A DNA stretch of 64,000 bases, taken from an uncultured Blautia sp. Its GTDB lineage: Bacteria > Bacillota > Clostridia > Lachnospirales > Lachnospiraceae. Where the stretch lies: assembly GCA_947654165.1 (NCBI GenBank), contig CANTKB010000019.1, positions 191 through 64,190 on the forward strand, given 5' to 3'. The translations under genes were made by a program, and so were the position numbers. The notes under the pieces were generated by a model, which saw nothing but the letters and a program-made list of their open reading frames with translations, was not told where the DNA came from and ran no database searches. Below are positions 40,809 through 50,150 of the stretch, in pieces (position 1 is the first letter of the stretch; each line of letters begins with the position of its first letter).

Positions 40809-42047
40809 ATGTATTCACTGGATGAAATCAGAAATGTGGATCCGGAAATTGCAGAATGCATTTGTCAGGAGGTAAAGCGTCAGAACTCTCATATCGAGTT
40901 GATCGCTTCCGAGAACTGGGTGAGTAAAGCGGTTATGGCAGCTATGGGAAGTCCGCTTACCAATAAATATGCAGAGGGATATCCGGGGAAACGGTACTAT
41001 GGCGGCTGTGAATGTGTGGATGATGTAGAACGTCTTGCAATAGAAAGAGCAAAAGAACTGTTTCAATGCGAATATGTAAATGTTCAGCCACATTCAGGAG
41101 CACAGGCAAACATGGCAGTGTTTTTTGCTATGCTGAAACCCGGGGATACCGTGATGGGAATGAACCTTGCCCATGGAGGACATCTTTCCCACGGAAGTCC
41201 GGCTAATTTTTCCGGAGCATATTTCAAAGTGGTTCCTTACGGAGTCAATGATGATGGTGTGATTGACTATGAAGAAGTCAGAAGGATTGCTTTAGAGGCA
41301 AAACCGAAACTGATCGTTGCCGGTGCCAGTGCTTACTGCAGGATCATTGACTTTAAGAAATTCCGGGAAATTGCAGACGAGGCAGGAGCATATCTCATGG
41401 TTGATATTGCACACATTGCAGGTCTTGTGGCAGCAGGCGTACATCCAAGCCCGATTCCATATGCTCATGTGACCACGACCACGACTCATAAGACCTTGAG
41501 AGGACCAAGAGGCGGTATGATCATGAGCAGTGCAGAAATAGCCAAAAAATTCAACTTTAATAAAGCAGTGTTCCCGGGAACCCAGGGTGGTCCGTTGATG
41601 CATGTGATTGCGGCAAAGGCAGTGTGCTTTAAAGAAGCATTGCAGCCGGAATACAAAGTGTACCAGCAGAATATTGTGAAAAATGCAAAGGCACTTTGTA
41701 ATGGACTCTTAAACAGAGGAATAAATATTGTTTCAGGAACTACGGAAAACCATCTGATGCTGGTGGATTTGCGTGGAACCGGAATTACCGGAAAGGAAAT
41801 GGAACATCTTCTGGATGAGGCAAACATTACCTGCAATAAAAATGCCATTCCAAATGATCCGGAGTCACCATTTGTTACCAGCGGAGTGCGTCTTGGAACT
41901 GCAGCAGTGACATCCAGGGGAATGAATGAGGAGGATATGGATTTGATTGCCGAGGCAATTGCTCTCATGGTCAAAGACAGGACAAAGAAAGAGCAGGCAA
42001 TGAAAATTGTAAAATCCCTGACCGATAAGTACCCATTGAATGCATAA
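40809..42047 (+). CDS. glyA: Serine hydroxymethyltransferase
   Basis: [21 protein letters not shown] and PLP motif [13 protein letters not shown]. Confidence 0.96.
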   Translation: MYSLDEIRNVDPEIAECICQEVKRQNSHIELIASENWVSKAVMAAMGSPLTNKYAEGYPGKRYYGGCECVDDVERLAIERAKELFQCEYVNVQPHSGAQANMAVFFAMLKPGDTVMGMNLAHGGHLSHGSPANFSGAYFKVVPYGVNDDGVIDYEEVRRIALEAKPKLIVAGASAYCRIIDFKKFREIADEAGAYLMVDIAHIAGLVAAGVHPSPIPYAHVTTTTTHKTLRGPRGGMIMSSAEIAKKFNFNKAVFPGTQGGPLMHVIAAKAVCFKEALQPEYKVYQQNIVKNAKALCNGLLNRGINIVSGTTENHLMLVDLRGTGITGKEMEHLLDEANITCNKNAIPNDPESPFVTSGVRLGTAAVTSRGMNEEDMDLIAEAIALMVKDRTKKEQAMKIVKSLTDKYPLNA

Positions 42048-42060
42048 GAAAATAATATAG

Positions 42061-42128
42061 AAAGCACGGTGATACAGAGCCTGAATCAGAGAGATTCTGG
42101 AAAGACCCGGTATCACCGTGCTTTTTTA
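42061..42128. terminator. Bidirectional terminator between glyA and trxB
   Basis: AAAGCACGGTGATAC/GTATCACCGTGCTTT inverted repeat. Confidence 0.75.
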
Positions 42129-43058
42129 TACATTCAATTTATGAAAGGCATCCTGTGCTGCAACAGCACCGTCATTGACTGCGGTTACGACCTGCCGCAA
42201 ACCTTTCTGGCACACATCTCCCGCACCATACAAAAGAGGAATCTTGGTTTCCATAGAAGCATTTACCACCATATAGCCCTGAGGATTTAATACGTCCAGG
42301 TGCTTCAGGAATCCGGTGACCGGATCAGCACCGATGTATGGGAAGATGCCGGAAACAGGAAGGGTTCGTTCTTCTTTTGTGGTAACATCTGTAATTTTTA
42401 ATCCGTTTACATGTTGTCCGTCATCCAGAATTTCAGTTGGAACAACAGTTTGGATGATTTCTATCTTGGGGTTGGATTTTGCTGCGTCCACTGCAATTTT
42501 ATCTGCACGGAATACGTTACGCCGCATGAGAATATAAACTTTGCTGGCAAAGTGTGTCAGATAAACTGCTTCTTCCAGTGCGGAATTACCGCCTCCGATA
42601 ACGGCTACCTCCTGATCCCGGAAGAAAGCTCCATCACATACCGCACAGTAGGAAAGTCCACGGCCGATATTCTGTTTCTCTCCGGGAATCCCCATGAGAC
42701 GTTCCTTTGTTCCTGTTGCCACTAAAACAGCGGGAGCCTGGAAGACAGTTCCATCTTCACAGATGATCTGTTTGTCAGAGGAAGGATTTGTTTCATCAAC
42801 TTTGATTTCCACAACATTTCCATATTCATAGACAGCACCAAAACTGGTGGAATGTTCGAACATATCCATTGCTAACTGGGAGCCTGGTTCTGTTTTGATG
42901 CCTGGCCAATTGCTGATTTCATTGGTCTTCAGAAGTTTTCCCCCGGGAGCACCGCTTTCGATCATGGCTGTTTTTAATCCTGCCCGTGAAGCATAGATAC
43001 CAGCGGTCATTCCTGCGGGACCTGCTCCGATAATGATAAAGTCATACTTTTTAATCAT
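42126..43058 (-). CDS. trxB: Thioredoxin reductase
   Basis: GAGPAG, CAVCDG, GGGNSALEEA and GAGDV. Confidence 0.93.
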   Translation of the reverse strand: MIKKYDFIIIGAGPAGMTAGIYASRAGLKTAMIESGAPGGKLLKTNEISNWPGIKTEPGSQLAMDMFEHSTSFGAVYEYGNVVEIKVDETNPSSDKQIICEDGTVFQAPAVLVATGTKERLMGIPGEKQNIGRGLSYCAVCDGAFFRDQEVAVIGGGNSALEEAVYLTHFASKVYILMRRNVFRADKIAVDAAKSNPKIEIIQTVVPTEILDDGQHVNGLKITDVTTKEERTLPVSGIFPYIGADPVTGFLKHLDVLNPQGYMVVNASMETKIPLLYGAGDVCQKGLRQVVTAVNDGAVAAQDAFHKLNV

Positions 43059-43098
43059 AATGATGCCGCCTTTCCTGACAATGGTTTTTATCGTATAA

Positions 43099-43416
43099 TT
43101 ACAGTGCGTTTATTTTTTGTTCAAGAACCGGCTTTGGAAGAAATCCTACTGCAGAGTCTTTGATTTCGCCATCTTTAATGAAGAAGACGGAAGGAACAGT
43201 GCTGATCTCCCATGCTTTACGCAGATCCGGATTTTCATCAATGTCCACTTTTACGATTTTTACGTCTTTTTGTTCTGCATCAAGCTGCTCCAAAACTTGT
43301 CCCAGCATTTTGCATGGTCCGCACCAGGTTGCAAAGAAATCTAAAACAACCGGTTTCTGTGAATTTAAAACTTCTTCCTGAAAATGATTTGTATTATTTA
43401 TGTGTAAAATTGCCAT
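43099..43416 (-). CDS. trxA: Thioredoxin
   Basis: WCGPC motif, 105 aa. Confidence 0.93.
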   Translation of the reverse strand: MAILHINNTNHFQEEVLNSQKPVVLDFFATWCGPCKMLGQVLEQLDAEQKDVKIVKVDIDENPDLRKAWEISTVPSVFFIKDGEIKDSAVGFLPKPVLEQKINAL

Positions 43417-43601
43417 GTTTGTAATCTCCTTTGTTTTTGATTTAGTATGCTTGTATTATAAAACAAGACTTACCGATAGTCTGTGACAAGGTCACGTTTT
43501 TTATGTGAAAACCGTTTACGGAAACTTTAAAACTTGTTATAATGTTATAATAGGTAGCATCTGGTGCAAGAGATTTATTTATGGCGGCAGGGGGTATTCA
43601 G

Positions 43602-44588
43602 ATGAATGAACTGGAAGGATTAAGAAAACTTCTTGATAAAGAACAGGTGGCTCCGATAGGAAAAGATCTGAGCCTTGTAATACAGAAAAAACTGAAGAAA
43701 AGCGGAATCTATTTTCGGATTTTTGCCAGAGTGAAAGAAGCAGGCTCTGTTTATCAGAAATTAGAGTGGAAGAAAAAGGAATATCTGGAAAAGGATAAGA
43801 AGATGCAGGATCTGGTCGGACTGCGTATTGTCTTATATTATATGGATGATATTCCTGTGTGCAAGGAAATGCTGCAGAATACCTTTGCGATCATCGAGAA
43901 GGATTCACATGAAGATATTCCTAAGGTAAATGAATTCAATCCTTTGCGAATGAACTATGTATGCAGGATGCCGAAAGAGTTCGCAGACCGTTTTCCGAAA
44001 GAACTCTGGGAGAATTATAGAATCGATCAGACGTTTGAAGTGCAGATACGCACTACGTTTTCAGAAGGATGGCATGAGGTGGATCATGATGTAAGATACA
44101 AACACAAGGATGAATGGAATCAGCATTATGAATTGTCCAGAGAATTAAATGGGATTTATGCTACTCTGGAAATCTGTGACAGGAGTATGGTAAATCTTCT
44201 GGAGCGGCTTGCATATCGGAATTACAAAAGTATGCAGATTGAAGCAATGATTCGGAATAAGTTTCGCCTGCGCTTTGAAAATTCTGTGATTTCCGTGCCG
44301 TTGCTGGAGTTCCTCCAAAAAGATCAGGAACTGGTGAAGAAGATTTATCGTTCTGAAAGGGAAGAACCGATTCGCTTTTTTGCCAGCGATTTGTCGGATG
44401 GAATTGTGCTGACAGTGGATAATCTGGTATTCGTATGCAATGAATTATGTATAGGAAGAAAAGACCTCGAAGACCGTACACCAATGTTAATACGGGAAAA
44501 AACAGAAAAATGGAAGCAGAGGCGAAAAGAACAGGAAAAAACTTCTATTAATATGAAGAAAGAGGTTGACACAGGGTTTTTCTTATAA
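43602..44588 (+). CDS. Stand-alone RelA/SpoT synthetase-domain protein (atypical)
   Basis: RVKEAGSVYQK, DLVGLR, EVQIRT and HDVRYK; the GYxSxH motif is absent. Confidence 0.8.
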   Translation: MNELEGLRKLLDKEQVAPIGKDLSLVIQKKLKKSGIYFRIFARVKEAGSVYQKLEWKKKEYLEKDKKMQDLVGLRIVLYYMDDIPVCKEMLQNTFAIIEKDSHEDIPKVNEFNPLRMNYVCRMPKEFADRFPKELWENYRIDQTFEVQIRTTFSEGWHEVDHDVRYKHKDEWNQHYELSRELNGIYATLEICDRSMVNLLERLAYRNYKSMQIEAMIRNKFRLRFENSVISVPLLEFLQKDQELVKKIYRSEREEPIRFFASDLSDGIVLTVDNLVFVCNELCIGRKDLEDRTPMLIREKTEKWKQRRKEQEKTSINMKKEVDTGFFL

Positions 44589-44594
44589 TATAAT
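44566..44594 (+). promoter_or_regulatory. Consensus sigma-A promoter of rplM-rpsI
   Basis: TTGACA (44566-44571), 17 nt, TATAAT (44589-44594). Confidence 0.85.
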
Positions 44595-44600
44595 ATACCA

Positions 44601-44668
44601 ATGTGACATAGTTTGAAAATGCCTAGCCAAAAGCCCCGGTATGGCAATTTCATCATAGAACATATATG
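44601..44668 (+). promoter_or_regulatory. Probable L13 ribosomal leader RNA
   Basis: 5' UTR hairpin TGCC...GCCCCGGTATGGCA flanked by further pairing, directly upstream of rplM; boundaries approximate. Confidence 0.55.
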
Positions 44669-44719
44669 ATTAATAAATGAAAATATTCTACAGTATTGTT
44701 GATAATAGGAGGTAAAACC

Positions 44720-45148
44720 ATGAACAGTTATATGGCTAATCCAGATAAGATTGAAAGAAAATGGTATGTTGTAGATGCTGAAGGACAGACATTAGGACGT
44801 CTTGCATCTGAAGTTGCTAAAGTTTTAAGAGGAAAAAATAAACCGGTTTTCACACCACATGTTGATACAGGTGATTATGTGATCATCGTAAACGCTGACA
44901 AAGTCAAAGTTACAGGTAAAAAAATGGAACAGAAAATTTACTACAACCACTCTGAATATGTTGGCGGTATGAAAGAAACCACATTAAAAGAAATGATGGC
45001 TAAAAAACCTGAAAGAGTACTTGAGCTGGCTGTCAAAGGCATGCTTCCAAAAGGACCTTTAGGAAGAACTATGATTAAAAAATTACATGTATACGCTGGA
45101 CCAGAGCACAACCATGCAGCTCAGAAGCCAGAAGTATTAACATTTTAA
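44720..45148 (+). CDS. rplM: 50S ribosomal protein L13
   Basis: [28 protein letters not shown] and [10 protein letters not shown]. Confidence 0.97.
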   Translation: MNSYMANPDKIERKWYVVDAEGQTLGRLASEVAKVLRGKNKPVFTPHVDTGDYVIIVNADKVKVTGKKMEQKIYYNHSEYVGGMKETTLKEMMAKKPERVLELAVKGMLPKGPLGRTMIKKLHVYAGPEHNHAAQKPEVLTF

Positions 45149-45165
45149 TTAGGAGGTAAGAAACA

Positions 45166-45558
45166 GTGGCTAGTACAAAATTCTATGGAACAGGAAGAAG
45201 AAAATCATCTGTAGCTCGCGTATACTTAGTACCAGGTACAGGTAAAATCACAATCAACAAAAGAGACATTGATGAATATTTTGGATTAGAAACATTAAAA
45301 GTAGTTGTTCGTCAGCCATTAACACTGACAGAAACTCTTGATAAATTCGACGTTTTAGTAAACGTTCATGGTGGTGGATTCACAGGACAGGCTGGTGCTA
45401 TCCGTCATGGTATCTCCAGAGCATTACTGGAAGCTGACAGCGAATACAGACCTGCATTAAAAGCAGCTGGATTCTTAACACGTGACCCAAGAATGAAAGA
45501 AAGAAAGAAATACGGTCTCAAAGCAGCTCGTCGTGCTCCACAGTTCAGCAAACGTTAA
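45166..45558 (+). CDS. rpsI: 30S ribosomal protein S9
   Basis: [26 protein letters not shown] and [10 protein letters not shown]. Confidence 0.97.
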   Translation: MASTKFYGTGRRKSSVARVYLVPGTGKITINKRDIDEYFGLETLKVVVRQPLTLTETLDKFDVLVNVHGGGFTGQAGAIRHGISRALLEADSEYRPALKAAGFLTRDPRMKERKKYGLKAARRAPQFSKR

Positions 45559-45735
45559 TTATACGTTTTCGGAACGTACAATTTCAAAAAGATTACAAAC
45601 CTCTCAGGATTTTGGTCTTGGGAGGTTTTTTGTATGTATTTTAAACAAAGATAATGGTATAATCTATATAGGTCTAGCTTGTTATTATTGCAACAGATTT
45701 TCTTGGGCGCAGGAAAATCATTAAATGAACAATAT

Positions 45736-45783
45736 GAATTTGTGTCCGCATTGCTGACACAAATTAGTTGGACGAATCATTTA
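45736..45783 (+). pseudogene. Tiny remnant of a DUF1016/YhcG-like gene
   Basis: Translates EFVSALLTQISWTNHL then stop, resembling my recollection of the DUF1016 N-terminal ISWT/SH motif; contains a 10-bp inverted repeat. Confidence 0.5.
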
Positions 45784-45807
45784 TAATAAGTGATTGGAGG
45801 GAAAGTT

Positions 45808-46548
45808 ATGGGTACTCAAACAAAAGGCTTTTGCAAATATTGTGGAAAAGAATATACAAGAAGTGGAATGCTTCGTCATTTGGAAGCGTGTAAAGAACGA
45901 AAAAGTAAATTAGCAATGGAAACAGGTAAGAGAAAATGTAAATATTTTCAAATTGTCATTTCTGGTAAATATGCGAAAGCATATTGGTTAATTGTCGAAA
46001 CAAGTGAGAATACTACATTAAAAGAACTAGATCGGTTTATCCGTGATATTTGGGTGGAATGCTGTGGACATCTCAGCGCTTTTACGATTCATGGGACGCA
46101 ATATGAGAGTTGCCCGGTTACAGACGGATTTTGGGGAAAGCCATCAAAAAATATGAATTTCCGATTAAAAGATGTTGTGGATGTTGGAGATTCTATTTCT
46201 TACGAATATGATTTTGGTTCAACAACGGAATTGATGCTGAGCATACATAGCCGTCGTGAAGGAGAAAAAAAGAATAACGAAATTATAATTTTATCACGAA
46301 ATAATCCACCGAAAATTCTTTGCAGCAATTGTGAACAAAATGAGGCAAAGTGGGTTGATCCTGAAGGATATTATGAAGATCTGCCTTTTTGGTGTGATAA
46401 ATGTTTAGATGAAGCAAATAGGGATGAAGAGGAAGAAGGTTACGAGCCGCAATTTTTATTACCGATTTGTAATTCACCTAGAATGGGTATATGCGGATAT
46501 GAAGGAAGTGATAGTTATCCAGAGCGGTTTGAGCCGGATAAACGGTAA
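45808..46548 (+). CDS. Plasmid pRiA4b ORF3-like (IS1096 passenger TnpR-like) Cys-rich protein
   Basis: TLKELDRFIRDIWVECCGHLSAF and YEYDFGSTT; N-terminal CxxC..H..C and C-terminal CxxC pairs. Confidence 0.75.
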   Translation: MGTQTKGFCKYCGKEYTRSGMLRHLEACKERKSKLAMETGKRKCKYFQIVISGKYAKAYWLIVETSENTTLKELDRFIRDIWVECCGHLSAFTIHGTQYESCPVTDGFWGKPSKNMNFRLKDVVDVGDSISYEYDFGSTTELMLSIHSRREGEKKNNEIIILSRNNPPKILCSNCEQNEAKWVDPEGYYEDLPFWCDKCLDEANRDEEEEGYEPQFLLPICNSPRMGICGYEGSDSYPERFEPDKR

Positions 46549-46571
46549 ATGAGCAGAAATGAGGTGGTATC

Positions 46572-47399
46572 ATGAGAGATATTATTTGCCAATTACAAGA
46601 TATGAGACATCTGGATTGGGCGGCAAGAAAAATGTCACCGGGAACTCCTGGGTGTTTCCTGAAAGCATATGAAGAAGTGAATGGTAAAAGGTTATACTAT
46701 AAGCTCTCTAATTATGATAGTTATCGTGGTGTCTTTGGTCATGAATGTGTAAATGAATTGATTGTGAGTCGTGTAATGAATGTTTTGGGGATTCCACATG
46801 TGATGTACCAATTGATACATGCACAGATTATTCTAGATGGTAAGGAAGAGGAAACATGGATTTCTGTCTCTGAAAATTTTCGCAAAAACAATGAAGAAAA
46901 ACTGGCATATGATTTATATTATGACTTGCAAAAAGAAGAAAATGAATCTCCGCTAGAGTTTGCAATTAGAAATGGTTGGGAATTATATATGTACCAGATG
47001 TTCTGTATCGATTATTTGATTGCCAATAGAGACCGTCATGGAAGCAATTTGGAAGTGTTGCGAAATGATGAAGAAGACAGTGTGAGAATAGCTCCTTTGT
47101 TTGATCAGGGTGTATCGTTGTTGTTTTCAACATATGGTGATGAAAAACTACTTGAAAATGTAGATGTGATGAGAGATTTTCCGGTTAATAACTACATTGG
47201 AGCAAAATCTTTGGAGTATAATTTATCATTGATACCAAGAGGATATAATCTGCAGATTCATACGTTGAAAAAAGAAGATAGGGATTACATTTTCAAAGAT
47301 ATAAATAATATTTTGTCAGAGAAGCATATAAACAAAATTTGGGAGATGATTTGGAAAAGGTGGTGTTATTTTGAAAAAGTATGCAATCAAGAGAAATAA
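46572..47399 (+). CDS. HipA/CtkA-like kinase core lacking the N-terminal subdomain
   Basis: Gly-loop SPGTPGCFLK, YYKLS, ECVNE, catalytic DYLIANRDRHGSN and Mg-binding APLFDQG. Confidence 0.82.
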   Translation: MRDIICQLQDMRHLDWAARKMSPGTPGCFLKAYEEVNGKRLYYKLSNYDSYRGVFGHECVNELIVSRVMNVLGIPHVMYQLIHAQIILDGKEEETWISVSENFRKNNEEKLAYDLYYDLQKEENESPLEFAIRNGWELYMYQMFCIDYLIANRDRHGSNLEVLRNDEEDSVRIAPLFDQGVSLLFSTYGDEKLLENVDVMRDFPVNNYIGAKSLEYNLSLIPRGYNLQIHTLKKEDRDYIFKDINNILSEKHINKIWEMIWKRWCYFEKVCNQEK

Positions 47400-47706
47400 C
47401 AGAAATAAAATTGTCGGAATTTTAAAGTATGATGAGAGAACCAAGAAATATACAATTGATATTCCGGAAGATGTTTCATATAAGGATGCCCCATTTATGA
47501 TGTCGTTATTTTTAAAGAAAGGTATTCGCTCCATGAATTCTGAGTGGAGTATGCGTTGGGTGCAAAGCAGAATTATTCCGAGTAGTAGACAGAACATTGG
47601 AGAAATACTTCGTGTGAATGGAATGCGTTCATATGACGAACACAAATTGCTGCTAAAAAATGAGGGAAGAAGTTGTCAGGATGAATTCTATATTGAACAG
47701 ATGTAG
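47371..47706 (+). CDS. HipA N-terminal-domain-like (HipS-like) small protein
   Basis: VGILKYD...WVQSRIIPSSRQNIGEIL...YDEHKLL...GRSCQDEF; TTG start overlaps the kinase end by 29 nt. Confidence 0.65.
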   Translation: MKKYAIKRNNRNKIVGILKYDERTKKYTIDIPEDVSYKDAPFMMSLFLKKGIRSMNSEWSMRWVQSRIIPSSRQNIGEILRVNGMRSYDEHKLLLKNEGRSCQDEFYIEQM

Positions 47707-47919
47707 TCGGTGAGGTGTTCTGAGAAGTAATGAGAAGCCTTGCGTTTGTAACGTGTTTGCAACACCACATTCCAAGAATTTAATAAAATCAAGAGTTCCC
47801 AGTTCTCTAAACGTTAATTTCAGTTCAGCAAGAGCTCATCTTTCTGTTGCAGGACAGACAAATTCTTTTGTTTCGGTTATAATTGTGATATGATGAAAAA
47901 AGAATTTATTAAATGAGGT

Positions 47920-49704
47920 GTGAGTTTGGATAAAGGACATAGCAAAAAGATCCGGGTGCTTTTGTTTTTTGCACTGTTTTTTTTCCTGCTTATGTTTTAT
48001 GCGTTTTTTAAGTTTGAGAGAACCTTTTTGAGCATGGAGACGCATCAGAAACAGGAAGAATTGGGAAAAACAGCTAAAATAAAGGCAGAAACAATACAAA
48101 AGAAATATGCGAATATGGTTGCCTCCCTGCAGGCTTTTGCAGAAAACATACGGGGCTTAAGTGCTGATTCAGAGCAGGTCGGCCGACAGATGACACTTTT
48201 AGCAAAAGTGGGATACTTCAATTATGTAGGAATCAGTGATCGACAGGGAAATGCCATGGATTCAGACCAACATAAGACCAATATTCAGGAGAGAGAGTAT
48301 TTTCAGGAGGCTATAAGCGGGAAAATATCTATTTCTGATGTGATCGATTCTCAGGTCAACGAGGGGGAAGAGGTTCAGGTGTTGGCGGTTCCTATATGGA
48401 GGGACAGTTTGCCCCAGGGAATTGTTTTTGGAATTGTAAACGTGGGAACCATGGATAAACTTATGGAAAATGAAACAGGAAGCGACATTTATACGCAGAT
48501 CGTAGATTCAAAAGGAAATTATGTGACCAGATTCCAGAATAAAGATACATTGGTTGGAAATAAAAATGTTTGGGACGATTTCGCAGAATATGAAATTTTG
48601 GAAGGAAGTTTGGAAAAGATTAAATCTGACATGAGTAATCAGAAATCAGATAGTTTCCGATTCCGTAAAGGGGAAGAAGAAAGGATTTCATTCTATACAC
48701 CGCTTGGCCTGAAAGAATATTATGTGTTTTCTACCATTAACAGTAAATATATCAAAACATGGGCGAGAAAAATCAACGAAGAGGTCTGTTTCATGATTCT
48801 GGAAATGGGAGCTGCCTTTTTACTGTTGCTAGCCGGTTTATACTGGTTTAATAAAAAAGTACAGGAGGAGTTACAAACTTCGCATACAGAGGCAGTGAGC
48901 AGCGAAGAAATCATGCGTATTGCGATTCAGCAATCAAGGCAGATCGTATTTGAATATGATATCCAAACAAAGAGATTGTGGAAAAAAGCAGGAATAGAGA
49001 ATTGTCTGTTCTCAAAATCAGTTATGAACAGAGTTCCGGAATCTGTGTTGGAAAAGAACCTCATCATGGATGACTTGGTAAATGATTTCAGGGAAATATT
49101 TGAGCGTATTTCAGAAGAGGATGTTCTGGAAAAAGTGATAAAGGTAAAAGAAAAAAATAGAATTCAGTGGTTTAAGATTATCATAAAAAAATATTTTTGA
49201 TCAGAAACATCATATTTTAAATACGGTTGGAATTGTTGAAGATGTTACGGAAAAGCAAGAGCAGGAGGAATTGCTGGAAGAAGGACAGAAGGAAAAGATG
49301 GAATACATCTATTTGTGCTGATGGATTTGGATAATTTTAAGCAAATCAATGATACATTTGGTCATCAGTACGGAGATCAGGTGCTTAAAGAGGTGGCAGA
49401 TATACTGAGAAAGAAATTCCGTAGGGATGATATATTAGGAAGGCTTGGCGGAGATGAGTTTACAGCACTGCTGTTGAATGCTACCGGTTTTGAAGTTATG
49501 GAACCTGTTTTTCGGTAATTGTGCGATGAATTGAAAAGGACTTACACAAAAGACGGGAAGTCTGTGACGGTTTCGGCTTCTTTTGGAATTGCCGAAGCAC
49601 CGAAATACGGGACTGCTTTTGGGGAGCTGTATGAAAAATCGGATTTGATGTTGTACAAAGTGAAAGAGAGTACAAAAAACGGATATCAGGCATACAAAAA
49701 TTGA
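47920..49704 (+). pseudogene. Disrupted Cache-sensor diguanylate cyclase
   Basis: TM-Cache-TM portion; frameshift at the A7 run 49185-49191; second shift/deletion near 49295 removing D-LTGL-NR; DLDNFK..GH..GD and RLGGDEF intact; in-frame TAA at 49516-49518. Confidence 0.85.
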
Positions 49705-49771
49705 GATTCTGGGTATCTACAAATTTTATTGTTTTCTATCAGGTTTTCTGCTAGGATTTCTTCATTAAGCC

Positions 49772-49800
49772 TTGCATTTTTATATTACCTATGATATAAT
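49772..49800 (+). promoter_or_regulatory. Promoter of the rpmE operon
   Basis: TTGCAT, 17 nt, TATAAT with extended TGn. Confidence 0.7.
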
Positions 49801-49874
49801 TTAAAAGCTGTTTGAATTTGAAAACGCAATAAAACAATATAAATAATCAAAATATAATAGAAGAGGTGAAAATC

Positions 49875-50075
49875 ATGAAAGAAGGAATCCATCCAAATTA
49901 TCAGGAATGTACAGTAACATGCAACTGTGGAAATACATTTAAAACAGGTTCTACAAAGTCTGAGCTCCGCGTAGAAGTTTGCTCTAAATGTCATCCTTTC
50001 TATACAGGACAGCAGAAAGCTGCACAGGCTCGTGGACGTATTGATAAGTTCAATAAGAAATACGGCATGAAATAA
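49875..50075 (+). CDS. rpmE: 50S ribosomal protein L31 (zinc-binding type)
   Basis: [12 protein letters not shown] and [10 protein letters not shown]. Confidence 0.96.
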   Translation: MKEGIHPNYQECTVTCNCGNTFKTGSTKSELRVEVCSKCHPFYTGQQKAAQARGRIDKFNKKYGMK

Positions 50076-50150
50076 TAATGAGGTAGAAAGAGGTTGAGGT
50101 TTTAGGACTTCAACCTCTTGTTGCGTTTAGCGGAAAGTTTGGGAGGAAAC

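Larger units (their letters stand above)
45541..47834. mobile_element. Integrase-less islet (element remnant) integrated at the rpsI 3' end
   Basis: rpsI end CAGTTCAGCAAACGTTAATT (45541-45560) recurs as CAGTTCTCTAAACGTTAATT (47800-47819, 17/20) and CAGTTCAGCAA (47821-47831); cargo is visibly AT-rich. Confidence 0.78.
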
